64,000 bases of DNA from Candidatus Nanopelagicales bacterium (GTDB lineage Bacteria > Actinomycetota > Actinomycetes > S36-B12). The notes under the pieces were generated by a model. It was not told the origin of the DNA and did no database searches. It worked only from the letters and a program-made list of their open reading frames with translations. The DNA is taken from contig JAURFD010000001.1 of assembly GCA_030827125.1 (NCBI GenBank), forward strand, positions 226,750 through 290,749, given 5' to 3'. Below, piece by piece: positions 41,545 through 50,627 of this stretch (positions are counted from its first letter, which is position 1; every line of letters starts with the position of its first letter). Position numbers and translations under genes: made by a program.

Positions 41545-44307
41545 GTGTCGAAAGTCCGGGTCTACGAGCTCGCCAAAGAGCTTGGAGTCGAAAGCAAGGT
41601 CGTGCTCGCTAAGTTGGCTGAGCTCGGCGAATTCGTTCGTTCCGCGTCCTCCACGATTGAGGCGCCGGTTGTCCGCAAGCTGAAGGACGCCATGCCGCCT
41701 GCGGAGGCGGCTCCCGCCAAGTCGAAGGCTGCCAAGCCCAAGCCGAAGCCGAAGGCTGCTCCGGCAGCCCCCGAAGCGCCAGCGGTCGGCGAGGCTCCCG
41801 TTGAAGCGGCTGCTGCGGAGCCTGCACCTACCCCGGCTCCCGCTGCGACCCCGGTGGCTCCCGCTGCGACCCCGGCCGCTCCCGAAGCGCCGGCCGAGCA
41901 GGTAGCCGCCCCCGCCGAACCGAAGCCGGCTACCAAGCCCACTGGCCCCCGCCCCGGCAACAACCCCTTCACCGGCAATGTGGCCGCCCGGGAGACTCCG
42001 CGTCCGAGCGCGCCGCGCCCCGGCAACAACCCCTTCACCGGCAACACCGGCATGGGGCGGTCCGCACCCGCCGTGCCGGGTGTTCCTCGCCCGAATCCGG
42101 GGATGATGCCACGCTCCGCTGGTCCGACCCCGCCGCGTACCGGCGGCCGACCGGCCACGCGTGGTCCTGGCGGTCCCGGAGCCGGACGAGGCCCCGGTGG
42201 TGCTCCTGGCCGCGGTGGTCCCGGTGGTGCGCCCGGTGGTGCTCCTGGCCGTGGCGGTCCCGGTGGACCCGGTGGTCCCGGTGGTGCGCCCGGTGGTGCT
42301 CCTGGCCGTGGCGGACCCGGAGGTGGCCGCGGTGGCTTCGGTGGCCCCGGCGGTCGCGGTGGTCCCGGCGGTCGCGGTGGCACGGCCGGCGCGTTTGGCA
42401 AGCCCGGCGGGCGTCCGTCGCGTGGGCGCAAGTCCAAGCGGGCGAAGCGTCAGGAATTCGACAACATGCAGGCACCGACGATCGGTGGCGTGCGCCTTCC
42501 GCGTGGCAACGGCCAGGTGGTACGGCTGCCCCGTGGCGCCAGCCTGACCGACTTTGCCGAGAAGATCGACGCGAGCCCTGCGGATCTCGTGACCGTGCTG
42601 TTCAAGCTCGGCGAGATGGTCACCGCGACCCAATCCGTCGACGATGACACCCTGCGCCTGCTCGGCGGTGAGTTGGACTTTGACGTCCAGGTCGTCTCGC
42701 CTGAGGATGAGGATCGCGAACTGCTCGAGTCCTTCGACCTAGAATTTGGTGAAGACGAGGGCGGCGAAGGTGATCTGGCGGCCCGTCCGCCGGTCGTCAC
42801 GGTGATGGGTCACGTTGACCACGGCAAGACCAAACTCCTCGACGCGGTGCGCAAAACCAACGTGGTGGCGGGCGAGGCCGGTGGCATCACGCAGCACATC
42901 GGTGCCTACCAGATCGTGGCGCACGCCGACGGCGGCGATCGGGCGATCACCTTCATCGACACCCCCGGTCACGAGGCGTTCACCGCCATGCGTGCCCGTG
43001 GTGCGCAGGTCACGGACATCGCCGTCCTCGTTGTGGCGGCCGACGACGGTGTGAAGCCTCAGACGATCGAAGCGCTGAACCACGCGCAGGCCGCTGAGGT
43101 CCCGATCGTGGTCGCCGTGAACAAGGTGGACAAAGAAGGCGCCGATCCGTCCAAGGTGCGTGGCCAACTCACCGAGTTCGGTCTCGTGGCCGAGGAGTAC
43201 GGCGGCGACACGATGTTCGTGGATGTCTCGGCGGTCCAGGGCAGTGGCATTGATGAACTGCTCGATGCCATCCTGCTCACGGCCGACGCGGCGCTCGATC
43301 TGCGCGCCAATCCCACGCAGGATGCCCAAGGCGTGGCAATCGAGGCGCACCTCGACCGTGGCCGCGGCCCAGTGGCGACGGTGCTCGTGCAGCGTGGCAC
43401 GCTGCGACCCGGTGCGTCGATCGTGGTGGGCGATGCCTACGGTCGCGTCCGCGCGATGCTCGATGAGGACGGCAACGCCGTTGAGGAGGCCTTCCCCTCC
43501 CGTCCGGTGCAGGTGCTCGGCCTCACGTCCGTTCCCGGTGCCGGCGACACCTTCCTCGTCGTCGACGAGGACCGGACCGCACGCCAGATCGCCACGACCC
43601 GTCAGGCGCGTGAACGCAATGCTCAACTCGCCAAGTCGCGCGCCCGCCGCACTCTCGAGGACTTCCTCAAGGTCATCGAGGATGGTGAGCAGCATGAGCT
43701 CAACCTCATCCTCAAGGGCGACGTCTCCGGCTCGGTCGAGGCACTTGAGGATGCGCTGCTCAAGATCGAGGTCGGTGACGATGTCTCCCTTCGCGTGATC
43801 CACCGCGGTGTTGGCGCCATCACCAAGAGTGACGTCACTCTCGCGAGTGCGTCGGACGCGGTCGTGGTTGGCTTCAACGTTCGACCCGAGGGCAAGGTGG
43901 CCGAGTTCGCCAGCCAGGAGGGGGTGGATGTCCGGTTCTACTCGGTCATCTACCAGGCCATCGACGAGATCGAGGCGGCCCTGCGCGGCATGCTCAAGCC
44001 GGAATTCGAGGAGGTGCAGCTCGGTACCGCCGAGGTGCGCGAGGTATTCAAGTCCTCCAAGTTCGGCACCATCGCCGGTTCGCTCGTGCGGTCGGGTGAG
44101 ATTCGCCGCAACACCAAGGCGCGTCTGGTGCGCGACGGCGCCGTCGTCGCCAACGACCTCACCATCTCGTCGCTGCGTCGCTTCAAGGACGACGTCACGG
44201 AGGTCCGCGAGGGTTACGAGTGCGGCATCAACCTCGGCACCTACGGCGACGTCAAGGTGGATGACGTCATCGAGACCTACGAGATGCGGGAGAAGCCACG
44301 GGCCTAG
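41545..44307 (+). CDS. infB: Translation initiation factor IF-2
   Basis: 920 aa. GTPase motifs [22 protein letters not shown] and NKVD, plus a long Ala/Pro/Gly-rich N-terminal region. GTG start preceded by AGGAGA. Confidence 0.95.
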   Translation: MSKVRVYELAKELGVESKVVLAKLAELGEFVRSASSTIEAPVVRKLKDAMPPAEAAPAKSKAAKPKPKPKAAPAAPEAPAVGEAPVEAAAAEPAPTPAPAATPVAPAATPAAPEAPAEQVAAPAEPKPATKPTGPRPGNNPFTGNVAARETPRPSAPRPGNNPFTGNTGMGRSAPAVPGVPRPNPGMMPRSAGPTPPRTGGRPATRGPGGPGAGRGPGGAPGRGGPGGAPGGAPGRGGPGGPGGPGGAPGGAPGRGGPGGGRGGFGGPGGRGGPGGRGGTAGAFGKPGGRPSRGRKSKRAKRQEFDNMQAPTIGGVRLPRGNGQVVRLPRGASLTDFAEKIDASPADLVTVLFKLGEMVTATQSVDDDTLRLLGGELDFDVQVVSPEDEDRELLESFDLEFGEDEGGEGDLAARPPVVTVMGHVDHGKTKLLDAVRKTNVVAGEAGGITQHIGAYQIVAHADGGDRAITFIDTPGHEAFTAMRARGAQVTDIAVLVVAADDGVKPQTIEALNHAQAAEVPIVVAVNKVDKEGADPSKVRGQLTEFGLVAEEYGGDTMFVDVSAVQGSGIDELLDAILLTADAALDLRANPTQDAQGVAIEAHLDRGRGPVATVLVQRGTLRPGASIVVGDAYGRVRAMLDEDGNAVEEAFPSRPVQVLGLTSVPGAGDTFLVVDEDRTARQIATTRQARERNAQLAKSRARRTLEDFLKVIEDGEQHELNLILKGDVSGSVEALEDALLKIEVGDDVSLRVIHRGVGAITKSDVTLASASDAVVVGFNVRPEGKVAEFASQEGVDVRFYSVIYQAIDEIEAALRGMLKPEFEEVQLGTAEVREVFKSSKFGTIAGSLVRSGEIRRNTKARLVRDGAVVANDLTISSLRRFKDDVTEVREGYECGINLGTYGDVKVDDVIETYEMREKPRA
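42140..42425 (+). repeat. In-frame Gly/Pro/Arg-rich low-complexity tandem repeats inside infB
   Basis: Repeated GGTGGTGCTCCTGGCCG / GGTCCCGGTGG units encode [11 protein letters not shown] repeats. This is typical of the IF-2 N-terminal linker in high-GC actinobacteria. Confidence 0.8.
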
Positions 44308-44331
44308 GCCCTCGACGATCGAGGAGTAGAC

Positions 44332-44766
44332 ATGCCATCGGAAGCCCGAGCACGCAAACTCGCCGAGCGCGTGCGCGAAATCGTTGCGGAGGCGCTGGAG
44401 ATGCGCGTGAAGGACCCCCGACTGGGGTTCATCACGGTCACCGATGCACGTGTGACGGCTGACTTGCGTGAGGCGACCGTTTTTTACACCGTGTACGGCG
44501 ACGAGGAGGCCCGCGCCGCCACGGCGACGGCGCTGGAATCCGCCAAGGGTGTCCTGCGCACCGAGGTGGGTCGCCAGACCGGAATCAAGCACACCCCGTC
44601 GCTGGAGTTCGTGCTCGACGCGGTGCCGGACACGGCGCGACACATCGATGAATTGCTCAAGGACGCTGCCGAGTCCGATGCGCAGGTCCATGAGCAAGCC
44701 GCTGCCGCGCATTACGCCGGTGACCCCGATCCATACCGGCATCGCGATGCCGGCGATGGGGAGTAG
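44332..44766 (+). CDS. rbfA: Ribosome-binding factor A
   Basis: 144 aa with RbfA-type sequence (RVREIVAEALEMRVKDPRLGFITVTDARVTADLREATVFY). Confidence 0.9.
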   Translation: MPSEARARKLAERVREIVAEALEMRVKDPRLGFITVTDARVTADLREATVFYTVYGDEEARAATATALESAKGVLRTEVGRQTGIKHTPSLEFVLDAVPDTARHIDELLKDAAESDAQVHEQAAAAHYAGDPDPYRHRDAGDGE

Positions 44767-45667
44767 CCCGCCCCGCGGGATCCTTGTCGTCGACAAGCCG
44801 GCCGGCCCGTCATCGCACGCGGTGGTGTCGTGGGCCCGCAAGGCTCTGGGCATTCGCAAGATCGGGCACGCGGGCACTTTGGATCCCGCGGCCACCGGTG
44901 TGCTGGTGCTGGGCGTTGGTGCAGGAACCCGTCTGCTCGGGTACCTCTCCGGTGACGACAAGGAATACCTCAGCACCTTTGTCTTCGGCATCGGGACGAC
45001 AACCGATGATGCGCAAGGTGAGGTCGTCGCCACGCCTGGCGCGTCGGTGGATGGCTCTGCGGTCTCGGCCGCGATGCAGGCGTGGACCGGCGACATCATG
45101 CAGCGTCCCAGTGCGGTGAGTGCCATCAAGGTCGATGGCAAACGCGCATACGACCTGGTGCGGGCCGGGCACGAGGTCGAATTGGCGGCGCGACCCGTGC
45201 ACATTGCGGCCTTCGATTTGCTCGGCCTCCGTGGCGAGTCAATGGACGTGCCTGGCGTGGGACCGGTGGCTGTTTCCGTGGCCGACGTGCGCGTGGTGGG
45301 TAGTTCCGGCACCTATGTCCGGGCACTAGCACGGGATGTGGCCGCGGACCTGGGCACCGTCGGGCACGTGCGTGATCTTCGTCGCGTGAGGTCTGGAGCC
45401 TTCGGGCTCGATGATGCCGTCGCGGCCGATGCCCTGGACTCGGCCCATCTTGTCCGCCTCGACCACGCGGCACGGCGCAGCCTGCCCTGGGTAGAAATCG
45501 GTGCGAACGATGTCGCGCCCATCCGCAACGGCGTGCAAATTGCGTGGCCGCCCGATGCGCCTACCGCCGATGCCGTGGCATTGGTGCATGGTGACGAGCT
45601 CGTGGCGCTGGCCCAGCGGCGGGGCGATCGCGCCCGCTACCTCGCCGTCTTCCCCGCCGACTCCTAG
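44747..45667 (+). CDS. truB: tRNA pseudouridine(55) synthase
   Basis: GILVVDKPAGPSSH and the catalytic-Asp motif GHAGTLDPAATGVL. Start at ATG 44747 or 44756, overlapping the rbfA end. Confidence 0.9.
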   Translation: MPAMGSSPPRGILVVDKPAGPSSHAVVSWARKALGIRKIGHAGTLDPAATGVLVLGVGAGTRLLGYLSGDDKEYLSTFVFGIGTTTDDAQGEVVATPGASVDGSAVSAAMQAWTGDIMQRPSAVSAIKVDGKRAYDLVRAGHEVELAARPVHIAAFDLLGLRGESMDVPGVGPVAVSVADVRVVGSSGTYVRALARDVAADLGTVGHVRDLRRVRSGAFGLDDAVAADALDSAHLVRLDHAARRSLPWVEIGANDVAPIRNGVQIAWPPDAPTADAVALVHGDELVALAQRRGDRARYLAVFPADS

Positions 45668-45669
45668 GC

Positions 45670-47877
45670 CTACTGGGCGAGGGTGCCCTGGGCTGTGTCG
45701 GGGGAGAGGTCCTCCACGAGAATGCGCGCCCACTCATCGCAAACCGCGGGGAGCGGGAAACTGGCCTCCACCTGTTGGCGGGCCTCGGCAGCCGTCTGAG
45801 CCCAGCGGCCACTGGCGACCGTCTCGTGGATGGACTCGGCGATTGCTACCGGATCGGCGTGAATCCACCGCGTGTCATAGATCGTGTCTGATCCGGGCCA
45901 TGGCAGGAGCGCCGGGACGGCACCGGAGGCCATGCCCTCGGCGGGTGCGAGATGGAAACTCTCATCGTCTGACGTGGACAACACCCAGCCCACGCGTCGC
46001 AGCCAGGCGGGGACGTCGCCGCCGAAACCGTCGAAACTCACCGCACCGCGCACCGTGGGATCGGCATGCAGGCGCTCGAAGAGCCGTTCGGTCTCCGCTC
46101 TCTCTTCGGGCTTGCGCCAGATCCACCAGTAGTCCCACGGGAGCTTGGACTTGACGGCCAGGCGGTAGCGGCGGTCGCGGCGTCGCAGCCGCGACAGGAT
46201 CTCCAGACCCAGGTCCGGGCGCTTGCGGTGCGGCGAAATCCCGATCATCCCCAGCGTGAACTGAACATCGCCGAGTTTGGGGCGATCGAACTGCTCGATA
46301 TCGACCCAGTTCGGGATGACAATGATGCGATCAGCCGGCCAGCCGGTGCGCTGTGCGGTGAGTTGCGCATAGAACGGGCTGACGCAGACGACCTGGTCAA
46401 CGGCCTCGATGCGGACATCGTTGAGCCAACCGGCATCGAGTTCGAAACGATGCAGGCGCACGATAAGTCTTTGGTTGTCCCGCTTGTGCCGGCTGTACCA
46501 GACCAGATTGGGACCGGCCCATTCGCAGATGATGACGTCGGCCCACTCCACCATGGCGCGACTGGCTTCCTCGTCGTGGCTGGCCAGAGCTGCCCAGTGG
46601 TCGATACGTACCTCGAGTTCGGGGAGTGCCTCGAGGTGTTCCTGGATGCGGGTGAAGAACTTGAGGTCGTGGCTCACGACTCCCACGCGCAACCGCGCAC
46701 GTCCGGCAAGGGCGGGCGGAGCCGCCGGCAAGGCACGCTCGAGAAGACCTCGCATGCGATCGACCGACGCGGCCATCGTGTACGGCGCCACTGCGGCGGA
46801 CATGTCCCGGCACGCGGCACCGTGCAACTCCGGATTGGCGATGAGTGACTGGCATGCGGCCACGATGTCCTCGGCACTGCCGACGAACAACGGGTAGTCC
46901 TCGCCGATGAGATTCACGTGCATCGGCGTTCGATTGAGGAGTGGGGGGACGCCTAGCGCTCCGAACTCGAGGACCTTGGTGGACAGTTCGAGGCTTGCGT
47001 CCATCTTCGGATCCCGCCACGACATCCCGAGATCGGCGGTAGACGTGAGTTCCATCGCCTGCTGGCGGGGCATTCCGCCGTGCCAAATCACTCCGGGGGA
47101 GTCTTCGAGGGCGCTGCGCATCCGGTTCGACCAGTCGGGGTCGTCCGGGACGTCGTGAATCTTGTCGCCGACCATGTGCAGTTCGGCGTCGATGCCCACG
47201 GCCGCGAGCATCGCCGGGATCTGCGTCATCTCGAGCGTGTTCCACAGCGGAGCGAACTTGCCCGTGTAGACCAGACGCAGCGGCCGCACCTGCTGACCGT
47301 CCACGCTCACCGGCGAGCGCTCGGGCAGACCGAACTCGGGCTCGGGAACGACGGGACTCCACAGCACAGAGCGACCACAGGCCGCGGGCACGGTGGATTC
47401 GAGAAGGCAGCGCAGTTCCTCCGTCTGACACATCATGTAGCGGCTCGCTCGCGCAATGGCCTGCAGTCGATCTACCTGTTCGTCGTCCATCGCCAGTGGG
47501 TCTTGAGCGATGTCGGTGAGGTAGGTCCACAGGCGACCCGTCAGTCGCTCGCTGGCCGCCGCCGCGGTGACGAACCGCAGGCCGCGGACGACGATGAGAT
47601 CGGCCCGTTGCGCAGCATCGAGTTGCTCGAGATGGTCGACCGCCTGCGCGGGGGTGAGCGGGGTGCCCGTCCTCGCACCGTCGAAGGGATCAACGACGGT
47701 GACGCCGGACATCTCCCGAAGTGGTGCCACGAGCCGGTCGTTGTCCACGGGCGCCTTGAGGAGGACGCGCACCTCCACACCGCTGCGAGAGAGCGCCTCG
47801 CACATGGATTGCACCCAGATGGCCGAACCGTCAAGGATGTTGAGGTTGACGTCGCCGTAGACGAGTGCGCTGGTCAT
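45670..47877 (-). CDS. Dual-domain glycosyltransferase (two tandem GT-B / GT4-like modules); candidate polymerase
   Basis: About 735 aa. The first module ends with an E-x7-E-like ELSTKVLEFGALGVP. The second module has ESFHLAPAEGMASGAVP. ATG 47877 overlaps the upstream stop (ATGA); an alternative GTG lies at 47889. Confidence 0.65.
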   Translation of the reverse strand: MTSALVYGDVNLNILDGSAIWVQSMCEALSRSGVEVRVLLKAPVDNDRLVAPLREMSGVTVVDPFDGARTGTPLTPAQAVDHLEQLDAAQRADLIVVRGLRFVTAAAASERLTGRLWTYLTDIAQDPLAMDDEQVDRLQAIARASRYMMCQTEELRCLLESTVPAACGRSVLWSPVVPEPEFGLPERSPVSVDGQQVRPLRLVYTGKFAPLWNTLEMTQIPAMLAAVGIDAELHMVGDKIHDVPDDPDWSNRMRSALEDSPGVIWHGGMPRQQAMELTSTADLGMSWRDPKMDASLELSTKVLEFGALGVPPLLNRTPMHVNLIGEDYPLFVGSAEDIVAACQSLIANPELHGAACRDMSAAVAPYTMAASVDRMRGLLERALPAAPPALAGRARLRVGVVSHDLKFFTRIQEHLEALPELEVRIDHWAALASHDEEASRAMVEWADVIICEWAGPNLVWYSRHKRDNQRLIVRLHRFELDAGWLNDVRIEAVDQVVCVSPFYAQLTAQRTGWPADRIIVIPNWVDIEQFDRPKLGDVQFTLGMIGISPHRKRPDLGLEILSRLRRRDRRYRLAVKSKLPWDYWWIWRKPEERAETERLFERLHADPTVRGAVSFDGFGGDVPAWLRRVGWVLSTSDDESFHLAPAEGMASGAVPALLPWPGSDTIYDTRWIHADPVAIAESIHETVASGRWAQTAAEARQQVEASFPLPAVCDEWARILVEDLSPDTAQGTLAQ

Positions 47878-49466
47878 CGTGTGCTCCACAACACCGAGTC
47901 ATGCTGACGGGGCAGCGTCGGGAGTCCCGCGATCTGCTCGATCAGCAGATCGAGGATGGCATCGGGATCGTCGAGGTCGACCTGGCGCGCGATGTAGGGC
48001 GTGGTGACCGCCATGTTGAGCAGGGTGCGATCGCGGAGGACATCGTCGGGGAGAGGCGTGACGACGATTCCCTCCTCGTGCAGAAGGTTCATCGATCGGT
48101 CGGACAGGGGAGTCCGCACGACGAGTTCCCGCGGTCGCCACGACTGCAGGAGGATCTGATCGACATCGGGATCAGCACCGGCGATCAAGGCCACATCCCA
48201 CACGGCGCGCGGACGTGACTCGACGTCGAGGAGTTCCGCCAGGGTGGTCAACTGCACGGGCGCGGAGGCTCCGACCATGAGCGCACGCAGCACCGCCCGT
48301 CGCTGCCCGTCCGACATCGGTCGAGCTGCCTGTTCGAGCGCATCGGGGACGTTGGATGTCCCCTCGGTGAAGACGACGGCGCCGCGCGCTGCGTCCTGAC
48401 CGGCCAGCAGCGTGCGCAGGTCCGCATCGTGACCGGCGAGGACACGGCGCCCCGAGGCCAGCAGGCCGAGGCTGGTCGACGTCGCCCCCAGGAGGTGGTC
48501 GGGGGTCCACATCGGGTCCGCCAAGCCGAACGACGCCTTCGAGATCGCCTCGCGCAAGGCCACCGAGCGTTGGAGGCGAGGGTCGGGGGAGCACTCATCG
48601 CGTCCTGACCGATCAGCCTCGATCGCCGCGCGTAGTTCGCGTTCGAGAGGCGTGCCCGCGCGGCTCTCGCGGGGAACGAAGATGGAGGCGGAATGCGGGA
48701 CCTCCCCGAACTGCCAGGCGGCCGGGTCGATGCCCGGATGCCAGGGGTTGTCGCGGACCGAGCCCGGACCATCGACGACGAGATCGCACCGCTCCGCGAG
48801 TTCGGAGAGGAAGACGGTGCGGGACGGGGGCGTGGACCGAAGGAGGACCACGGGGCGCCCCTGCGCATGGGCCGCGTCGACCAACGCGGCGGCCGCGCGA
48901 AGTCGATCGACGGCTGCGGGGTCGCCGAGGTGCTCCCAGGATTCCCCCGGCAAGGCGGAAGCGGTGTCGATGACGACGATGTCGGCATCGACGGCTTCGA
49001 TCAGTGCGGGGCCTTCGTGCGGAAGGGCATTGCTCACCGCCGCATAGGGCGCCCACGCGAGTGCGGTGCGGTGTGAGAGGGCGCCAGCGATGGCCAGGGA
49101 TCCCTGCGCGGCCGCGGCTACCGACGTGCGCGGGATCAGTAGTCGCGGGGCGTCAAGATCGAGGACATCGTCGCGACGACCTCGCGTCGAAGGCGTGGTG
49201 GTCGGAGCCGTACGTCGCGATCGGCGAAGCCGCCAGATGCGCCATAGATCGCGGGGAAGGGTGAGGAGTCGTCGTGGGCTCTTGGCCGCATTCACCAAGA
49301 GGTTGCCGACGACGAACGACGCACTGCGCTGTGCACGTTCGAGGGCGCGCTCCGCACGATCGGCACGGGCTTCGGCGCGCCGCAGGTCGTGTTGGAGGCG
49401 GGCGACCTGGTTGGTAGGGCCGGGCTCGGGGGGCGCCTGCAGTTCGTCGGCCGGACCCTCGGTCAT
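47874..49466 (-). CDS. Hypothetical protein with N-terminal coiled-coil and basic amphipathic helix (function unknown)
   Basis: 530 aa. The N-terminus reads ARLQHDLRRAEARADRAERALERAQRSASFVVGNLLVNAAKSPRRLLTLPRDLWRIWRLRR. I recognise no catalytic motif. It is coupled by ATGA overlaps to both neighbouring genes. Confidence 0.6.
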   Translation of the reverse strand: MTEGPADELQAPPEPGPTNQVARLQHDLRRAEARADRAERALERAQRSASFVVGNLLVNAAKSPRRLLTLPRDLWRIWRLRRSRRTAPTTTPSTRGRRDDVLDLDAPRLLIPRTSVAAAAQGSLAIAGALSHRTALAWAPYAAVSNALPHEGPALIEAVDADIVVIDTASALPGESWEHLGDPAAVDRLRAAAALVDAAHAQGRPVVLLRSTPPSRTVFLSELAERCDLVVDGPGSVRDNPWHPGIDPAAWQFGEVPHSASIFVPRESRAGTPLERELRAAIEADRSGRDECSPDPRLQRSVALREAISKASFGLADPMWTPDHLLGATSTSLGLLASGRRVLAGHDADLRTLLAGQDAARGAVVFTEGTSNVPDALEQAARPMSDGQRRAVLRALMVGASAPVQLTTLAELLDVESRPRAVWDVALIAGADPDVDQILLQSWRPRELVVRTPLSDRSMNLLHEEGIVVTPLPDDVLRDRTLLNMAVTTPYIARQVDLDDPDAILDLLIEQIAGLPTLPRQHDSVLWSTR

Positions 49467-50548
49467 TCGCGGCCGCGTTCGTCAAGCCAGTCCAAGATGA
49501 CCTCGGCGATCCGATCACCGGCGTGCCCATCCCACAGGGGCGGGATCCGCTCGGCGTCGACGGGCTCGGCGAGGACCTCGTCAAGAAGGGCGACGAGCGT
49601 GGCGGGGGACGCGAGGCGATTGGTCCCATGGGTGATCGTGACCGGCCGCTCGGTGTTGGGGCGCAAGGTCAAGCAGGGCACCCGCAGCACGGTGGTTTCT
49701 TCCTGGACACCGCCGGAGTCGGTGATGACGGCACGGGCCCCGCTCACGAGGGACATGAAGTCCAGGTAGCCGAGGGGTTCCACGACGTGCACGCGCGGGT
49801 GATCCCCAATGCCGAGCGCCTCGAGGACGCGTCGCCCGCGCGGATGCAAGGGCAGAACGATCTCGGCCCGGGCAGCGGCTGAATGCACGAGGGCGACCAG
49901 TTCGGCCGCGGACTCAGGATCGTCGACGTTGCCCGGGCGGTGAAGGGTTGCGACGAGGTAGTCGTCGGGAAGTCCGAGGTCGGTACGAGCGCGCTGGGCG
50001 TCGAGGCGATCGAGGTTGGCGAGCAGGGTGTCGATCATGGGATTGCCGACCAGGTGGATCCGTTCCGCCGGCACCCCCTCGTGGGCGAGGTGAGCGATCG
50101 CGTCGGGACTGGTGCACAGCAGCAGGTCGGCGAGGCGATCGGTGACGATGCGATTGATCTCCTCGGGCATCGACATATCGAAGCTGCGCAATCCGGCCTC
50201 GACATGGGCCACGGGGATCTGCAGTTTGGCGGCGGCGATGCTCGCGGCCAAAGTGGAGTTCACATCGCCGTAGACGACGACCATGTCGGGTCGGGTGTCG
50301 AGCATCTCCACTTCGAGTCCGACAAGGATGGCGGCCGTCTGCTCGGCATGACTGCCCGAACCGACGCCCAGGTTGATGTCCGGCCGGGGGAGGTCGAGTT
50401 CGCGGAAGAAGATCTCCGACATGCGATCGTCGTAGTGCTGGCCGGTATGCACCAGGCGCTGACGGGCACCGCGGCGGGCGAGCGCGGCGATGACCGGGGC
50501 GGCCTTGGGGAAGTTGGGGCGGGCGCCGGTGACGTGCAGCAGGGTCAT
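49463..50548 (-). CDS. wecB: UDP-N-acetylglucosamine 2-epimerase (non-hydrolysing)
   Basis: MTLLHVTGARPNFPKAAPV, HTGQHYD, VYGDVNSTLA, HVEAGLRSFD and DSGGVQEE are classic WecB/MnaA motifs. Start ATG 50548; the track extension to 50758 is discounted. Confidence 0.9.
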   Translation of the reverse strand: MTLLHVTGARPNFPKAAPVIAALARRGARQRLVHTGQHYDDRMSEIFFRELDLPRPDINLGVGSGSHAEQTAAILVGLEVEMLDTRPDMVVVYGDVNSTLAASIAAAKLQIPVAHVEAGLRSFDMSMPEEINRIVTDRLADLLLCTSPDAIAHLAHEGVPAERIHLVGNPMIDTLLANLDRLDAQRARTDLGLPDDYLVATLHRPGNVDDPESAAELVALVHSAAARAEIVLPLHPRGRRVLEALGIGDHPRVHVVEPLGYLDFMSLVSGARAVITDSGGVQEETTVLRVPCLTLRPNTERPVTITHGTNRLASPATLVALLDEVLAEPVDAERIPPLWDGHAGDRIAEVILDWLDERGRE

Positions 50549-50627
50549 CTCGGCCTTCCCGTCATGTGGTCCTCGATTCAGCGCTCTACCTGCGCCGCCG
50601 TCTACTATCCCAGACCGGGAGGTGTCG

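Noticed and set aside
42140-42425. Gly/Pro-rich tandem repeat as a collagen-like or PE/PPE-like surface protein gene.
   Set aside because: It is in frame within infB, between the conserved N-terminal segment and the GTPase domain. This is the normal low-complexity linker of actinobacterial IF-2.
42739-45312. 857-aa ORF on the minus strand opposite infB, rbfA and truB. Similar long shadow ORFs occur at 41332-42633(-), 40020-40934(-), 21335-23257(-), 61252-63666(-), 59699-61090(-), 51045-52388(-), 4888-6060(-), 29002-30405(+), 15842-16756(+), 14889-15851(+) and 13915-14916(+).
   Set aside because: - Every one lies antisense to a gene with strong family motifs.
- Their translations are Arg/Gly/Pro/His-rich low-complexity sequence with no recognisable domains.
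- Long stop-free antisense frames are expected at about 70 percent GC.

I treat them as non-coding.
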